A stretch of 64,000 nt of DNA. It comes from a virus. The notes under the pieces were generated by a model, which was given only the letters and a program-made list of their open reading frames with translations, was not told the DNA's origin and did no database searches. The position numbers and the translations under genes were made by a program. Below, one piece after another: positions 51,583 through 60,460 of the stretch; within the stretch, counting starts at the first letter, position 1, and the number at the start of each line of letters is the position of its first letter. The stretch is taken from positions 1-64,000 of the IMG/VR virus record IMGVR_UViG_3300028844_002785, one strand, 5' to 3'.

Positions 51583-53287
51583 GAGTGTAACTTATAAAAA
51601 TTTTCTCGCTACAGGAAACAATCCTATAACAATCTTTTTAGATTCTACTAACACAACTCTGATTGTTGGTCAGAATGGTGCTGGTAAGAGTACTATCATT
51701 GAAGCAATTGTATTTGCACTGTTCAATAAATCTTTTCGTAAAGTAAATAAAAATCAACTTATCAATAGTATCAATGAAAAAGATTGTGTAGTAGAAGTTA
51801 TATTTTCAGTTGGTGCTACTGAGTGGTTAGTTCGACGTGGAATGAAACCTGGTATATTTGAAATTCATAAGAATGGAGTTTTACTTGATCAACATTCCTC
51901 TGCAGTAGATCAACAGAAATGGTTTGAACAATACGTATTGAAACTAAACTACAAATCATTCACTCAAATTGTTGTACTTGGTTCTTCTACATTTGTTCCT
52001 TTCATGCAGTTACCTGCTGGATCACGTAGAGAAATTATTGAGGATCTTCTAGATATTCGTATCTTCTCTACAATGAATGTTATTCTAAAAGATAAAATTA
52101 AAACATCAGGTGAAGAACTTAGAAATTTTGAAACCGATATTGCTTTCTTGAAAGAGAAAGCAGAAATGCAAACTAATCATATTAAGTCTTTAGAGAAAAC
52201 GGCAAAGAAAACTATATCTCAGAAGCAAGATAAAATTGTAGAACTAGAAGAGGGTGTTGAAGTATTAAATAAAACCATAGAAAAATCTAATACTCATGCA
52301 ACTCAATTATTAGAAGAACTAACTAAATTTAATGGTATTGATATAAAAATTAAAAAATTAGAAAAGGAAATTACAACTAATACTAACTTAATTACAAGAA
52401 CTGAAAAAGAAGAAAACTTTTTTGTAGATAACGATGTATGTCCAAAGTGTACACAACCTATAACTGAAGATGTTAAGAAAAAGCATATTCTTCAATCTTC
52501 TAAAATTATTCATGATACAACTGAAATAGTTAAAAAATATAAGAGTCAACTTCAGACAGCAAATAAGATTATTGAAAAACAATCTGATATGAATATGGAG
52601 GTATCTGATATTAATTGGGATATCAAATCAAAATTGCAAACTATTAAAACAACTCAAAAAATTATTTCGGATATCAAAAGTGAGATTGAAGATTTAAAAA
52701 ATGATAGTTTAGATATTGATAGTGAAAAAGAAAAGTTATCTGCCATCGGCACCGAAGGATTATCTGTACAAAAATCTATTACAGATATAAAAGATACTAA
52801 AAGAAACTATGATGTTATTTCTTCACTACTCAAAGATGGTGGTATTAAGTCAATGATCATTAGGAAGTATCTTCCTGTTATGAATCAACTTATCAATAAG
52901 TATCTACAAGAACTTGACTTCTATGTAAACTTTACTTTGGATGAAGAGTTTAACGAAAGTATTAAATCTAGACATAGAGATGATTTTACATACAGCTCCT
53001 TTAGTGAAGGAGAGAAGATGAGAATTGACCTTGCTCTGATGTTTACTTGGAGATCTATTGCTAAACTTAAAAATTCTGCAAACACAAATCTTCTTATCTT
53101 AGATGAGGTTTTTGATTCTTCTCTTGACGTTGGTGGTACTGATGAATTCCTTAGAATTATCAGAGGAGTTCAGGACGATACTAACATCTTTATTATCTCT
53201 CATAAAGGAGATGTTCTTCTTGATAAGTTTGATAGAGTTATGAAATTTGATAAGGTTAAAAACTTTAGTAAGGTCACAGTTTCATGA
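51569..53287 (+). CDS. gp46: Recombination ATPase gp46 (Rad50/SbcC-like)
   Basis: GQNGAGKST, zinc hook CPKC, FSEGEK, LILDEVFD. Confidence 0.97.
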   Translation: MILFKSVTYKNFLATGNNPITIFLDSTNTTLIVGQNGAGKSTIIEAIVFALFNKSFRKVNKNQLINSINEKDCVVEVIFSVGATEWLVRRGMKPGIFEIHKNGVLLDQHSSAVDQQKWFEQYVLKLNYKSFTQIVVLGSSTFVPFMQLPAGSRREIIEDLLDIRIFSTMNVILKDKIKTSGEELRNFETDIAFLKEKAEMQTNHIKSLEKTAKKTISQKQDKIVELEEGVEVLNKTIEKSNTHATQLLEELTKFNGIDIKIKKLEKEITTNTNLITRTEKEENFFVDNDVCPKCTQPITEDVKKKHILQSSKIIHDTTEIVKKYKSQLQTANKIIEKQSDMNMEVSDINWDIKSKLQTIKTTQKIISDIKSEIEDLKNDSLDIDSEKEKLSAIGTEGLSVQKSITDIKDTKRNYDVISSLLKDGGIKSMIIRKYLPVMNQLINKYLQELDFYVNFTLDEEFNESIKSRHRDDFTYSSFSEGEKMRIDLALMFTWRSIAKLKNSANTNLLILDEVFDSSLDVGGTDEFLRIIRGVQDDTNIFIISHKGDVLLDKFDRVMKFDKVKNFSKVTVS

Positions 53288-53772
53288 TAGATAAATTTAT
53301 AGACTGGTATGTGGGTTCATTTACCAACAGGAAACAAGCATTGTCTCACCCATTCATGTTCAAGGAAGTTAACTTGAGTCATAAGTATATGGGTGACAAT
53401 ACTTTTTATGGAGAACAAAAAACAGTATATACTGATAATACATATCGAAAATTTAAAAATGTAATATCAGAATCTGATGGATTGATCATTGCAAAAAATT
53501 ATACATTGGAGGATGAATATATGCCCAACTGTGATATGGTTTTTAAATTTGATGGCAAACAATTTGTAGGTGAAGTTGAAGGTTGTGATTGTTTAGTGGA
53601 GAGAGAAGGAAAACAAACATATGTAAAAAATTCTACCTATCTTAGTGAAGACAGTTATAAGGTTTATGATAGAGGTTATGAGGTAGATACGGACGAATAT
53701 ATCTGGGGCTCTAGATGGGGACACTTTAAGTTCATTCGCATTGATAAGGAACCCATATGGATTGATGGTTGA
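53284..53772 (+). CDS. cpeT: CpeT/CpcT-like T-type phycobiliprotein lyase (auxiliary metabolic gene)
   Basis: Motifs GSFTNRKQALSHP, CDMVF, YDRGY, WGSRWGHFKF; position after gp46. Confidence 0.82.
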   Translation: MIDKFIDWYVGSFTNRKQALSHPFMFKEVNLSHKYMGDNTFYGEQKTVYTDNTYRKFKNVISESDGLIIAKNYTLEDEYMPNCDMVFKFDGKQFVGEVEGCDCLVEREGKQTYVKNSTYLSEDSYKVYDRGYEVDTDEYIWGSRWGHFKFIRIDKEPIWIDG

Positions 53773-53797
53773 CACCACTCCCCTTTCATGGTATCTT
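53769..53797 (+). promoter_or_regulatory. Sigma70-like promoter TTGACA-N17-TATCTT with extended TG
   Basis: Read directly. Confidence 0.7.
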
Positions 53798-53817
53798 AGC
53801 TGTATCGATAAAAAACT

Positions 53818-55968
53818 ATGTCAGTTTCTCAAGTCAAAAGCAATCTTGCAAAACTTCTTGCAACTGAAAACCTGACAGTTGAACATAGTAATGTCTCTAC
53901 AGCATCTTTCAATGTTGAGACCAGAGTTCTTCAACTTCCTGTATGGGAAAACATTACAGAAGACATCTATGATCTTCTTGTAGGTCATGAAGTTGGACAT
54001 GCTTTATATACACCATCAGATTATTATACTGAGGATGTTCCTCAATCATTCCTTAATGTTATTGAAGACGCCCGTATTGAACGAATGATTAAGGCAAGGT
54101 ATCCAGGACTTTCAAAGTCTTTTTACAAAGGATATGCAGAACTTAATAATCAAGATTTTTTTGAGTTACGTGGACTAAAACTGTCTACGATGAAATTGAT
54201 TGATAGAATTAATATTTATTTTAAGATTGGTATTCATGATATCAATACAATTATTCCATTCTCACATCAAGAAAATAAATTTATTGAGATGACTAGGAAT
54301 GCTGAAACTTTTGATGATGTTGTAGATATTTGCAAAAAACTTATTAAATATATTAATGAGAGTAAAGATAAAGAAGATATTAATTTAGATGATGTAAAAA
54401 ATATTTCAGAAACTGATCAACCTGATAATGGTGAACAGATCCCAATTGAAATAAAAGATTCTGAGTCTGATAGTAATGATGCCAATTCTCAGACTGATGG
54501 TAATGAAGGTGGTGAGGGAACTGAGCCTGATAATGATTTAAACACTGATTATGATGAAGAAGAATATTCTTCTGATACGGATAGAGCATGGAATCGCAAT
54601 ACAAAAACTCTTGTAGATACTACGGCAATGAAACATGTGTATGTAACTCCACCATCTATTGATTGGTCCGAATGCATTGAACCAATCAGTATGTTTACAG
54701 AAAACATGAATAAGAATATAGAATTTTTTGAGAAAGCATCGTTAGGTTATAATAATATTAATATTATTGATCTTTGGAAAAAATCTTTTACTTCCTTTAA
54801 AACTGAAAGTAGTAAATCAGTTTCTTATATGGTGAAAGAGTTTGAAATGAAAAAACAAGCTGATCAATATAATCGTTCTGGTATATCTAAAACAGGAGTT
54901 CTAAATACAAACAAATTATTTTCTTATAAGTGGTCTGAAGACGTTTTTAAAAAGAACACTATTCTTCCCAATGGAAAGAATCATGGGTTAATTATGTACA
55001 TTGACTGGTCTGGATCTATGTGTGATAATATGACTGGTACTGTTAAACAATTAATTAACTTAATTAGTTTTTGTAAAAAAGTAAACATTCCTTTCCAAGT
55101 ATTTGCTTTTTCAGATCATGGTGTATATGAACCTCGTAAACCATATCGTGAAACAATTAGAGATTATGAAATTGCAATAAGTCAACGTTTTCGTTTAATC
55201 GAATTGTTTAATAGCAAAGTTAAAAATTCTGAATTTGATAATCAATTATTTAAACTTTGGGCGTTGATGAAATGTATTGAAGCTAGGTCTGGTAATATGC
55301 CGCATGGAAATTATTCTTTGAGTGGAACTCCATTGAATGATACTATTCTTGCCGCAATATATGTTTTTAATAAATTTAAACGGGAAACTAAAGTTGATAA
55401 AGTAAATACAGTATTTCTTACTGATGGAGAATCAAACGGGTTGGCGTATTGCACAACTAAAAAACATGTAGATGGTGAAAAATACATTTCTAGAACACCT
55501 ATAAATTATGATTCTCAATATAATGTAATTTGTATCAAAGATCCTAGTAGTGGATATGTAGATTTAAATATCAACGATAGTCATGATTACAGAACTTGTG
55601 GAATGAATGTAACAACTGCTTTGATTAAATATTATAAGTGGATGACAGGATCAAATATTATTGGGTTTAGACTTTCTGAGTCATATAATATTAAATATAT
55701 TATTAGGGCATCAGTTGATGGTGGAACAGACAATTATGATCACTACAAAAAAATGTGGAGATCTGATAAATGTTTTGTTATTAATAACTTAGGATATGAT
55801 GAACTATATGTTCTTCCAGGATCAGGAGATTTTAATGGTGCTGAAGCTGTAATCAATGCTTCAAATACTGATAGTAAAAGTAAAATTAGAACACAGTTTA
55901 AGAAATATGTAAAAACTAAAATGTTTAATAAGATAATCTTATCAAAATTCGTCAATCAAATTGCTTGA
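53818..55968 (+). CDS. Metallopeptidase-like / vWA protein (CobT-like partner of CobS)
   Basis: HEVGH and NVIEDARIE; MIDAS motifs DWSGS, GTPL, LTDGE. Confidence 0.85.
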   Translation: MSVSQVKSNLAKLLATENLTVEHSNVSTASFNVETRVLQLPVWENITEDIYDLLVGHEVGHALYTPSDYYTEDVPQSFLNVIEDARIERMIKARYPGLSKSFYKGYAELNNQDFFELRGLKLSTMKLIDRINIYFKIGIHDINTIIPFSHQENKFIEMTRNAETFDDVVDICKKLIKYINESKDKEDINLDDVKNISETDQPDNGEQIPIEIKDSESDSNDANSQTDGNEGGEGTEPDNDLNTDYDEEEYSSDTDRAWNRNTKTLVDTTAMKHVYVTPPSIDWSECIEPISMFTENMNKNIEFFEKASLGYNNINIIDLWKKSFTSFKTESSKSVSYMVKEFEMKKQADQYNRSGISKTGVLNTNKLFSYKWSEDVFKKNTILPNGKNHGLIMYIDWSGSMCDNMTGTVKQLINLISFCKKVNIPFQVFAFSDHGVYEPRKPYRETIRDYEIAISQRFRLIELFNSKVKNSEFDNQLFKLWALMKCIEARSGNMPHGNYSLSGTPLNDTILAAIYVFNKFKRETKVDKVNTVFLTDGESNGLAYCTTKKHVDGEKYISRTPINYDSQYNVICIKDPSSGYVDLNINDSHDYRTCGMNVTTALIKYYKWMTGSNIIGFRLSESYNIKYIIRASVDGGTDNYDHYKKMWRSDKCFVINNLGYDELYVLPGSGDFNGAEAVINASNTDSKSKIRTQFKKYVKTKMFNKIILSKFVNQIA

Positions 55969-55993
55969 CGGACCAACCGTTGTGCAGTATAAT
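55965..55993 (+). promoter_or_regulatory. Sigma70 promoter TTGACG-N17-TATAAT for cobS
   Basis: Read directly. Confidence 0.8.
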
Positions 55994-56017
55994 AGCCAAG
56001 TAACCAAAGGACATCCA

Positions 56018-57112
56018 ATGAACTCTACTGACGTAATTGTTTCAGATCTAATCTCTCGATTTGGGTCAAGCGTTACTCGTAAAAATATTTCCGAATACAG
56101 TGAGACTAGTGATGCTTCCTTTGTAACCTTGTGTAATCGACTAAAGCCATACAAGGTTGGTCGTGGTTTGTATAATCTTACAGTTAAAGAAAAACTAGAA
56201 CAGAATTATTCAACTGATACTGGAGTTCCTTTTATTGAAATCCAAAATCTTGTTCCGGATAAAGATCCTACATATGTTCCTTTTGGAAATTTTTCTGATG
56301 TAAAGAAAATTATCAAGTCTGGTATTTTCTATCCAACGTTTATTACTGGTCTGTCTGGAAATGGTAAAACATTTAGTGTAGAACAAGCATGTGCTCAACT
56401 TGGACGAGAACTTGTTCGTGTAAACATTACTATTGAAACTGATGAAGATGATCTTATTGGTGGTTTCCGTCTTGTCGATGGGGCAACTGTTTGGCATAAC
56501 GGACCTGTCGTTGAAGCACTTGAACGAGGAGCAATCTTGTTACTCGATGAAGTTGACCTTGCTAGCAATAAAATCCTCTGTCTACAGTCCATCCTTGAAG
56601 GTAAAGGTGTGTTCCTGAAAAAAATTAACAAATATGTTAATGTAACAGATGGGTTTAATGTATTCGCAACAGCTAATACTAAAGGTAAGGGTTCTGATGA
56701 TGGAAGATTTATTGGTACTAATGTGCTAAATGAAGCATTCCTTGAAAGATTTGCGGTAACGTTTGAACAGTGTTATCCTAATCCTACAACAGAACAAAAA
56801 ATTCTTGATGGTGTTTCATCAACTCTAGATATGCAAGAGTCGTTAGATACGACATTCTGTAAAAATCTGGTGGACTGGGCAGAAATTATTCGTAAAACAT
56901 TTGCCGAAGGTGGTATCGACGAAGTTATTTCAACTCGTCGTTTAGTTCACATTATTCGTGCATACAGTATCTTTGGTAATGAATCTAAAGCCCTTAGTGT
57001 TTGTTTGAATAGATTTGACAATGACACCAAACAATCTTTCCTAGATTTGTTTGATAAACTAGTTGCACCTAAGGAAGAAACTTTTGATGATCAAGACTTG
57101 ACAACACTGTAA
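56018..57112 (+). CDS. cobS: CobS-like MoxR AAA+ ATPase
   Basis: Motifs GLSGNGKT, LLLDEVD, ATANTKGKG, NEAFLERF; start taken at ATG 56018, downstream of the promoter. Confidence 0.9.
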   Translation: MNSTDVIVSDLISRFGSSVTRKNISEYSETSDASFVTLCNRLKPYKVGRGLYNLTVKEKLEQNYSTDTGVPFIEIQNLVPDKDPTYVPFGNFSDVKKIIKSGIFYPTFITGLSGNGKTFSVEQACAQLGRELVRVNITIETDEDDLIGGFRLVDGATVWHNGPVVEALERGAILLLDEVDLASNKILCLQSILEGKGVFLKKINKYVNVTDGFNVFATANTKGKGSDDGRFIGTNVLNEAFLERFAVTFEQCYPNPTTEQKILDGVSSTLDMQESLDTTFCKNLVDWAEIIRKTFAEGGIDEVISTRRLVHIIRAYSIFGNESKALSVCLNRFDNDTKQSFLDLFDKLVAPKEETFDDQDLTTL

Positions 57113-57126
57113 ATAATTTGTATAAT
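57098..57126 (+). promoter_or_regulatory. Perfect sigma70 promoter TTGACA-N17-TATAAT for the replication operon
   Basis: Read directly. Confidence 0.88.
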
Positions 57127-57164
57127 CAATAGGGTGAAATTCCCTATTATAATTTTGAATAACT

Positions 57165-57452
57165 ATGACAAAAAAATACAATGAAGATGCTCTGTTGAAA
57201 GAGCTGAGTGATTACATTGCTGGAACTTATGGACAACACTATTCTGCTGGCAACGACAGCATTCAAACGTTAGATTTAATTGAAGCATGTGGAGACGCTG
57301 AGTCATTTTGTCGCAGTAACATCCTGAAGTATGCTTCACGTTATGATCGCAAGGGCACTGCCCGTCGTGATATAATTAAGATCCTTCACTACGGTCTTCT
57401 CCTTCTACATTTTTCTGACAAAGCTGCAGTTACTGAACCCTACCCACAATAA
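57165..57452 (+). CDS. DUF3310-like protein
   Basis: HY..IQTLDLIE..FCRSNILKYASRYDRKG..DIIKILHY. Confidence 0.7.
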   Translation: MTKKYNEDALLKELSDYIAGTYGQHYSAGNDSIQTLDLIEACGDAESFCRSNILKYASRYDRKGTARRDIIKILHYGLLLLHFSDKAAVTEPYPQ

Positions 57453-57454
57453 TT

Positions 57455-58120
57455 ATGAAAATTTCCATCGAAACTCTGAATATTCTCAAAAACTTTTCTA
57501 ACATCAACTCTTCGTTGGTTGTTAAAAAGGGAAATATTCTGCGAACTATTTCTCCTGCAAAAAATATTCTTGCAAAGTTTGAATGTCCAGAATCTTTCGA
57601 CAATGATTTTGCTGTATATGATCTAAATGAATTTCTGGGTGGTCTCTCTCTGTTTAAGGATCCTGACTTTGATTTTGGTAATACTTCTTATCTTTCTATT
57701 CGCAGTAATAAATCTAGAGTTAAATACTTTTTCTCCGATCCCAGTGTGATTACTGCTCCTCCAGAAAAAGATATTGAACTACCAACTATTGATGTTGAGT
57801 TTACTTTGACTGAAGAAGTTCTTTCGTCATTGATTCGTGCAGCAAGTGTGTATCAACTTCCCGATCTTTCCTTGGTTGGTGAGAATGGAAACATGAATCT
57901 TGTGGTTCGTACAAAGAACAATGATACATCTAACAATTTCTCCGTCAAGGTTGGTGAAACTGAGAATGAATTTTGTTTCAATTTCAAAGTAGAGAACCTA
58001 AAACTTATGCCTGGAGTGTATAATGTTCAGGTATCTACTGCTAATATTTCAAAGTTTACACATGATAAGTGGAACTTGTCCTATCTTATTGCTCTAGAAC
58101 CTGACTCTACTTTTAATTGA
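57455..58120 (+). CDS. gp45: Sliding clamp gp45
   Basis: Motifs ILKNFSNINSS, YDLNEFL, YLIALE. Confidence 0.95.
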   Translation: MKISIETLNILKNFSNINSSLVVKKGNILRTISPAKNILAKFECPESFDNDFAVYDLNEFLGGLSLFKDPDFDFGNTSYLSIRSNKSRVKYFFSDPSVITAPPEKDIELPTIDVEFTLTEEVLSSLIRAASVYQLPDLSLVGENGNMNLVVRTKNNDTSNNFSVKVGETENEFCFNFKVENLKLMPGVYNVQVSTANISKFTHDKWNLSYLIALEPDSTFN

Positions 58121-58122
58121 TA

Positions 58123-59064
58123 ATGAGTGATTTTATCTGGGTTGAAAAATACCGTCCTACTAAAATTGAAGACTGTATTCTCCCCGAAGGTATCAAAACT
58201 ACCTTACAAAGTTTTGTTAAAAAGGGGGAAGTTCCAAACCTTCTCCTTGCTGGTCCCCCTGGTATCGGCAAAACTACAGTTGCAAAAGCTCTTTGCAACG
58301 AACTTGGTGTTGACTTTTACGTAATTAATGGATCTGACGAAGGACGATTTCTGGACACGGTACGGAACCAAGCAAAGAATTTTGCGACGACCGTATCACT
58401 TCAAGCAAATGGAAAACCAAAAGTTATCATCATTGACGAAGCAGATAACACAACCAATGATGTACAACTCCTCTTACGGGCAAACATTGAGGCGTATCAT
58501 AACAACTGCAGATTCATCTTCACCTGCAACTACAAAAACAAAATCATCGAACCCCTCCACAGTCGATGTGCCGTCGTTGACTTCTCAGTCAACGGAAAGG
58601 AAAAGACAGCTATTGCGGGGCAATTTTTCAACCGTATCAGGTCTATACTTGAGAAAGAAACTGTTGATTATGATCCTAAAGTTGTCGCAGAAGTAATCAA
58701 AAAATATTTTCCTGATTGGAGACGTGTCTTAAATGAATTGCAAAGATATGCTTCTATTGGTAGTATTGACACAGGAATTCTAACTGCAGTTTCTGAAGTC
58801 AATCTGAAAGATCTTGTTGGTAATATGAAAAATAAAGACTTTAGTAAAGTTAGGAAGTGGGTTGTGGAAAACCTTGATAATGATCAAAGTGCAGTTCATC
58901 GTAAAGTATATGATACCATGTATACATCTTTGGAACCTGCATCTATTCCACAAGCTGTTTTAATTTTTGCTAAATATCAATATCAGTCTGCATTTGCTGT
59001 TGATCCAGAGATCAATACGCTTGCATGTATGACTGAACTAATGTGTGACTGTAAATTCAAATGA
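58123..59064 (+). CDS. gp44: Clamp loader ATPase gp44
   Basis: Motifs WVEKYRP, GPPGIGKTT, IIDEAD, PLHSRC. Confidence 0.97.
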   Translation: MSDFIWVEKYRPTKIEDCILPEGIKTTLQSFVKKGEVPNLLLAGPPGIGKTTVAKALCNELGVDFYVINGSDEGRFLDTVRNQAKNFATTVSLQANGKPKVIIIDEADNTTNDVQLLLRANIEAYHNNCRFIFTCNYKNKIIEPLHSRCAVVDFSVNGKEKTAIAGQFFNRIRSILEKETVDYDPKVVAEVIKKYFPDWRRVLNELQRYASIGSIDTGILTAVSEVNLKDLVGNMKNKDFSKVRKWVVENLDNDQSAVHRKVYDTMYTSLEPASIPQAVLIFAKYQYQSAFAVDPEINTLACMTELMCDCKFK

Positions 59065-59351
59065 ATGTAAAACTTATTCGTATGTCTTCTGGTGAAGACG
59101 TTGTTGCTACTATCGTCAGTGAAACTGATAGTATACTTGAAGTAGAAGATGCTATTGTAGCAATTCCTACTGGTGAGAGCCAAATTGGATTTGCTCCATG
59201 GTCTCCTCTTGTATCAAAATCGGACAAAACTTTGCCCGTAAATAAAAAATTTGTGGTTTACATTGCAGAGGTTGCAGAAGACATCGTAAACCAGTATAAT
59301 CAGATGTTCAGTAAAATTGTAACTCCAACTAATAAACTGATATATAAATGA
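59061..59351 (+). CDS. Sm-like conserved hypothetical protein, 96 aa
   Basis: Motifs VKLIRMSSGEDVVA and GFAPW. Confidence 0.8.
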   Translation: MNVKLIRMSSGEDVVATIVSETDSILEVEDAIVAIPTGESQIGFAPWSPLVSKSDKTLPVNKKFVVYIAEVAEDIVNQYNQMFSKIVTPTNKLIYK

Positions 59352-60460
59352 TTCTTTCTCCAGAAGATACTCTATACGCATACGGTAAGATCAATGAAGC
59401 ATACGGTTCTATCAACCGTATTGATGACTTCTTTCGTATGAAAAAAATTGAACGTATCAAAGAGATTCCACCAACTCTCTTTGGTTTGTCCCATGAAGAT
59501 GATCTGTTTCAGGATTTCTCTATGCATCCTGAGGACATGAACTTTCGTATTGTTCAACCAGACCACAGCACGTTCAATACTCTTCTGGAAATGACTGCAT
59601 CATTTACCTACGAGGAAGCACCAGGTAAAGAGATGAAACTGATGATCCAGGAGACCACCACAGGCACCGCTGTAGGGTTCATCAAACTGGGTTCTCCCAT
59701 CATCAACTCCAAACCTCGTAACGAGTGGTTGGGAGGGGTTCCTGACCTGACCATCTTCAACAAACGTGCGATCATGGGATTTATCATCGTTCCTACTCAA
59801 CCGTTTGGATTCAACTATCTTGGTGGTAAACTTCTGTCATTGATCTGTTGTAGTCATGAAGTTCGTGAGATGTTGAATAAGAAGTACAATACAGAAATGT
59901 GTTTGTTTGAGACAACATCGTTGTATGGTAATATCAAAGGTACCAGTCAGTATGATGGTCTAAAGCCATACCTTCGTTATCGTGGAGATACAGAATCTAA
60001 GTTTCTGTTGACTCTCCCAGACTTCATCTATCATGATCTGAGTAAGTGGTTTATTGAAAGGAATGGTGGTCCTTTAATTCATAAAGGTGCTTCTAGTCGC
60101 AAACTCAAAATTCAAACCAAGATGATTTCTATCATCAAAAATTCTCTGAAGGAATACTATCCAGATCTGTATACAGAGTTTGTTGCATTCATTAAATCTA
60201 AACAGGATGTGACAACTCAGAAACGTTTTTATATGTCTGACTATGGATATGAAAACGCTAAAGATGTTATACTTGGTAAAACTGAAACACTAATTCCAAA
60301 CAAACAAAACTTCGATAAATTTTATCTAGAAAATATGGTACAATGGTGGAAACGAAAAGCTTCTAATCGTTACCAAAAACTTGTTAGTGAAAATTATCTG
60401 AGAACAGATATTGAAGTTTGGAATTCTAATACTATGAACACTATTGACATTATCAGATGA
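59348..60460 (+). CDS. DruA/DUF4338-like protein, 370 aa
   Basis: GFIKLGSP..PRNEWLG, VPTQPFGFNYLGGKLL, FETTSLYG...SQYDGL resemble DUF4338 (Druantia DruA) motifs. Confidence 0.65.
   Translation: MILSPEDTLYAYGKINEAYGSINRIDDFFRMKKIERIKEIPPTLFGLSHEDDLFQDFSMHPEDMNFRIVQPDHSTFNTLLEMTASFTYEEAPGKEMKLMIQETTTGTAVGFIKLGSPIINSKPRNEWLGGVPDLTIFNKRAIMGFIIVPTQPFGFNYLGGKLLSLICCSHEVREMLNKKYNTEMCLFETTSLYGNIKGTSQYDGLKPYLRYRGDTESKFLLTLPDFIYHDLSKWFIERNGGPLIHKGASSRKLKIQTKMISIIKNSLKEYYPDLYTEFVAFIKSKQDVTTQKRFYMSDYGYENAKDVILGKTETLIPNKQNFDKFYLENMVQWWKRKASNRYQKLVSENYLRTDIEVWNSNTMNTIDIIR

Noticed and set aside
1538-59800. Many minus-strand ORFs of 60-154 aa in the ORF track (e.g. 8843-9169, 33951-34331, 43830-44294)
   Set aside because: They are antisense shadows of well-supported + strand genes, with no RBS or recognisable motifs.
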